IMG/VR virus record: IMGVR_UViG_3300035126_000631
Location: 10,044 to 74,043 of that record
Length of the DNA stretch: 64,000 nt
Direction: 5' to 3' (one strand)
From: a virus
The notes under the pieces are model-generated. The model was given only the letters and a program-made list of their open reading frames with translations. It was not told where the DNA came from and ran no database searches. Within the stretch, counting starts at the first letter, position 1. The number at the start of each line of letters is the position of its first letter. This document shows, piece after piece, positions 60,695 to 64,000 of the stretch. Both the position numbers and the translations under genes were made by a program.

Positions 60695-62266
60695 ATGGCT
60701 TGGAGCTTCAACCCCTTTACCGGAAACCTCGACATCACGGGGTCAAGCGGTGCCGTCGTCTTCGAGGGTGAAGTCGCCACCTTTGCCGATTTGCCTATTA
60801 CGATCGGCGATCCTGCCGTCGGGGCGGCTTTCTTAGTTCGGGAATCTACAGGGGTGTGGCTGGTCAACCGTCACGTAGCGGGCATTTATATTCGACGCAA
60901 CAATGCCGGACTGGCGACCGATTGGGAATATGCTGGCGACTATCCGGTCAATAGCGTGAATGGGCAGAGCGGGAATGTTGTTCTCGGGGCTTCAAGTGTG
61001 GGCGCTGATCCGGCCAACTTCCAGATCCGGGCAGCGAACTACACGGCGGCGGTCGGAGACAAAGTTGCCGCCGATACAACCAGCGCAGCATGGACGCTCA
61101 CCCTGCCCGCGACCCCGTCGAATGGCGACACGATCACCGTCCTCGACTACGCGGGAACCTTCGACACCAACAACCTCACCATCGCCCGCAACGGATCGAA
61201 CATCGAATCCTTGGCCGAGGATATGACCTGCAATGTCGAGGATGCCGCTTTCACGCTGGTCTTTGTCGGTTCCACGGTCGGGTGGAAGGTGGTTCCCTAT
61301 TTCGGCAACAAGACCAACTTTGCTTCGCCTGATCCGATCGGTAGTTCGGTTCCGAATACGGGGAGATTCACGACCCTGACGGCCAACAACGGCACGCTCA
61401 CGGCGTCCGCGCCTGTGCTGGATTTGGCGCAGACTTGGAACGCCAGCGGCACGACTTTTACGGGACTGCGCTTCAATGTCACGAATACGGCAAGCGCATC
61501 AGCTTCTAACTTAATTGACATTCAAGTCGGTGGAACAACGCGCATGATGCTCACGCGAGGCGGCGTCTTGCATTTAGGCCAGTTTACTAACAGTGGCTTT
61601 TATAGCCCTGCTCCAACATGGCACGGCTCTACGGCTGGGCTACTGGCCGCAACGAATCTGGCCATCGGATCAACGTTAGACACCATCCTTGAGCGCGGTG
61701 GCGCGGGAATCATCGAGCAGAGAAATGCGGCCAACGCCCAAACCTTCCGAATTTACGGCACATATACGGACGCATCGAACTATGAACGTGGATTTGTCCG
61801 CTGGAGCGCGGCAGGAGGAAATTTTGAAATAGGAACAGAAGGTGCAGGCACAGGCTCTGGGCGGCACATGACTTTGCGGGCAGGGGCAAACACCTTTTCT
61901 TTTTTCAATAACGGGGAGTTTTCCAGCCCTACTTCAATCCGGATCACCAGCAGGATGGTTATCAACTCGTCTGCAAGCGGAGTTGTGGCTATACGCAATG
62001 ATGCTGGAAATGATTTTAACCGCCTTCAATTTGGCGGCACAGACGCTAACTTTCCCGCGCTGAAGCGCAGCAGCACCGCACTGCAAGTTCGTCTCGCGGA
62101 TGATTCGGCTTACAGCGTCATGGACGCACAGCACCGCCTGCAAGGCACCGCACCCGCCAGCGCAACTGCGACAGGCACGGCGGGCGATATTCGCTATGAC
62201 GCCGACTACATCTATGTCTGCACGGCGGCAAACACATGGAAACGCGCAGCCATCGCAACGTGGTAA
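60695..62266 (+). CDS. tail fibre / receptor-binding protein
   Basis: VNSVNGQSGNV, TLTLPATPSNGDTITVLD and C-terminal GTAGDIRYDADYIYVCTAANTWKR. Confidence 0.75.
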   Translation: MAWSFNPFTGNLDITGSSGAVVFEGEVATFADLPITIGDPAVGAAFLVRESTGVWLVNRHVAGIYIRRNNAGLATDWEYAGDYPVNSVNGQSGNVVLGASSVGADPANFQIRAANYTAAVGDKVAADTTSAAWTLTLPATPSNGDTITVLDYAGTFDTNNLTIARNGSNIESLAEDMTCNVEDAAFTLVFVGSTVGWKVVPYFGNKTNFASPDPIGSSVPNTGRFTTLTANNGTLTASAPVLDLAQTWNASGTTFTGLRFNVTNTASASASNLIDIQVGGTTRMMLTRGGVLHLGQFTNSGFYSPAPTWHGSTAGLLAATNLAIGSTLDTILERGGAGIIEQRNAANAQTFRIYGTYTDASNYERGFVRWSAAGGNFEIGTEGAGTGSGRHMTLRAGANTFSFFNNGEFSSPTSIRITSRMVINSSASGVVAIRNDAGNDFNRLQFGGTDANFPALKRSSTALQVRLADDSAYSVMDAQHRLQGTAPASATATGTAGDIRYDADYIYVCTAANTWKRAAIATW

Positions 62267-62427
62267 AATAGACTATGGCCAACCTTTCGACATATTACCC
62301 CGCTCCGATCACCGCCGCCGATCTCGGCTTGGGTGCGGGCAGCAACGCGACCTTCGGCTCGCTCACCGCCAACAACGGCACGCTCACGGCGTCCGCGCCT
62401 GTGCTGGATTTGGCGCAGACTTGGAAC
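61382..62427 (+). repeat. identical 60-bp direct repeat shared by two fibre genes
   Basis: 61382-61441 equals 62368-62427 (ANNGTLTASAPVLDLAQTWN). Confidence 0.9.
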
Positions 62428-63522
62428 AATGCGGCGGTGACTTTTACTGGTGCGCGTATTGATATCACGAACACAGCCAGTGGCACTGGCTCACGCTTTC
62501 TTGATTGTATGGTCGGAGGCGCATCGGCAATACGTCTCGCTAGAATTGGGTCTACTCCATACGCGCTTTTTGGAACGGCAGACAACGGCATAGGAGCGAT
62601 CTCGACATCACAACCAGCACTCATTGCAAACGGAGGCGTTGCCTTTGTTGTCAATTCGGGTTCTGGCGGTGCATACATTCGATCAGATTCTCCGTATGCA
62701 TGGGCATCCGGCACTAACCTGACTGGAGCAACCACAGATTTATTTCTTCGCCGCGATGCCGCCAACACCCTCGCGCAATACAACGGCACCGCAGCCCAAA
62801 CCTTCCGAATCTACAATACTTTCACCAGTGCCACGAACTTCGAGCGTCTAAACATCATCGCGCAAGCGGCAGGCTCCGTCATCATCGGCACGGAGAAGGG
62901 ATCGGGCGGAGGCTCTGCGAGGTCGCTGGAGTTTCAGACGGATGGTGTGACGCGGCTTACGTTGGCGACCAATGGTGCGGCTACGTTTTCTGCGGGTGTG
63001 ACGTGCGCTGGCATCAGTTCAATCGGAGGAGGCATCAGCACAAACCAATCGTTCACTCTATCCTCAAATTTCAGTATGTCGTCGCAGGTTCTGACGGCAA
63101 CGCTTGATTGCACAAGCAATCCCGCTGGAATCCGCCTTTATGGTTTGGGCAACACTGGCGGCAGCGCGACAAACACCGAGCGCCTCCATATCTCAACGCG
63201 AACGGGCAACTCCTATTTTATTTCGACGCAGGCCACAGGAACAGGCACGGCGCGGGCTTTGGAAATACGCACCGCTGACGTTGCTCGTCTGACCTTTGAG
63301 GCAGCGGGAGGTTTAACCATTGCGGACGCAAACAACATTGCCGTTGGAACCACCACGGGAACGCGCATCGGCACAGGCACAACACAGCTTTTGGGATTTT
63401 GGAACGCCACGCCCGCCGCGCAACCCGCCGCCGTGGCAGACGCAACGGACGCCGCCAGCACGCAAGCCCGCCTCAATGACCTGCTCGCCCGACTCCGCAC
63501 CATCGGAATCATTGCCGCCTAA
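62275..63522 (+). CDS. tail fibre / receptor-binding protein (paralog)
   Basis: Shares blocks with the upstream fibre; C-terminal LNDLLARLRTIGII. Confidence 0.75.
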   Translation: MANLSTYYPAPITAADLGLGAGSNATFGSLTANNGTLTASAPVLDLAQTWNNAAVTFTGARIDITNTASGTGSRFLDCMVGGASAIRLARIGSTPYALFGTADNGIGAISTSQPALIANGGVAFVVNSGSGGAYIRSDSPYAWASGTNLTGATTDLFLRRDAANTLAQYNGTAAQTFRIYNTFTSATNFERLNIIAQAAGSVIIGTEKGSGGGSARSLEFQTDGVTRLTLATNGAATFSAGVTCAGISSIGGGISTNQSFTLSSNFSMSSQVLTATLDCTSNPAGIRLYGLGNTGGSATNTERLHISTRTGNSYFISTQATGTGTARALEIRTADVARLTFEAAGGLTIADANNIAVGTTTGTRIGTGTTQLLGFWNATPAAQPAAVADATDAASTQARLNDLLARLRTIGIIAA

Positions 63523-63526
63523 TCTT

Positions 63527-63835
63527 ATGCTAACCAACCCAACACCCATAACCGTCGAACCCATCCCAGCGAAGGTGTTCGATAAACTCCATGTCTACAC
63601 GCTCTCGGCCATTCAGCCGACAACGGATAGCGGATCAATCACCGTCGAGTTGCTCCCCGCAACCGCAGACGGCGAACTCGCCAACGGAAGCCTCGTCCAG
63701 AAGATGACCGCGCCGTTGAGTCCCGAAATTCTTACAGCGGTTCCAGAACTCGCCGCCGCGTTTGAGGCAGTCCTCGCCGCGATTCCCGCGACCCAAGCGT
63801 ATCTGGCCAGCCAGCAGGAGGTTCCCAATGAGTAA
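63527..63835 (+). CDS. tail fibre assembly-like hypothetical protein
   Basis: MLTNPTPITVE, directly after the fibre gene. Confidence 0.5.
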   Translation: MLTNPTPITVEPIPAKVFDKLHVYTLSAIQPTTDSGSITVELLPATADGELANGSLVQKMTAPLSPEILTAVPELAAAFEAVLAAIPATQAYLASQQEVPNE

Positions 63836-63998
63836 GCAAGTCACACTCACGGAAGCCGAGGCCAAGGTCGTCATGCAGTGTCTCGACATTGCGACCAAAG
63901 CGGGCGGGTTGAACGCAGCAGCAGGCATCTTGCCGGTGGCGATGAGTATCGAAAAACAACTCACCGCGACCGAGGAGCCTCAGTTGCAGGAGTCCTGA
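63828..63998 (+). CDS. small hypothetical protein
   Basis: MSKQVTLTEAE..LDIATKAGG, overlapping the upstream stop. Confidence 0.55.
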   Translation: MSKQVTLTEAEAKVVMQCLDIATKAGGLNAAAGILPVAMSIEKQLTATEEPQLQES

Positions 63999-64000
63999 TC

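Noticed and set aside
61382-62427. Diversity-generating retroelement TR/VR pair
   Set aside because: The copies are identical (no adenine-specific mismatches), both lie inside coding regions, and no reverse transcriptase is present in the window.
1-64000. Major capsid protein, scaffold, endolysin/holin, RNA polymerase, rRNA
   Set aside because: No supporting motifs found. Capsid and lysis genes probably lie outside the window, so their absence is not claimed as a biological novelty.
1-64000. Stop-codon reassignment or alternative genetic code
   Set aside because: Core genes are full length under the standard code and all three stop codons terminate genes normally.

Overview
This window is about 64 kb of a GC-rich, temperate, tailed dsDNA bacteriophage with a podovirus-like structural module. 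No host chromosomal genes are visible. The genome is larger than the window: it starts mid-operon, and I found no major capsid or lysis gene. Plus strand 1-23.1 kb: tail fibres and a collar protein, a 1196-aa adaptor-like protein with exact 104-aa repeats, internal virion proteins and a 3361-aa polyvalent protein. Minus strand 23-38.5 kb: about 40 small accessory or early genes, including a dual-frame C5 DNA methyltransferase, an HhH glycosylase and an amidoligase plus class II glutamine amidotransferase pair. The upstream part of this block is punctuated by a 19-bp palindrome. 38.6-41 kb: TerS-like gene, two tRNA-like elements and an iteron-rich origin candidate. Minus strand 40.5-53.6 kb: dCMP deaminase, primase-helicase, a family A DNA polymerase split by two inserted ORFs, SSB, an SF2 helicase-nuclease fusion, resolvase, RHH regulators and a tyrosine integrase beside a tRNA-3'-end attP. 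Plus strand 53.8-64 kb: TerL, two glycosyltransferase-like genes, portal and more tail fibres. A transcription-oriented TAATAACTCCAC / TAATAACTGTGC motif recurs about 17 times. All functional calls come from motif recognition by eye; no database searches were run.
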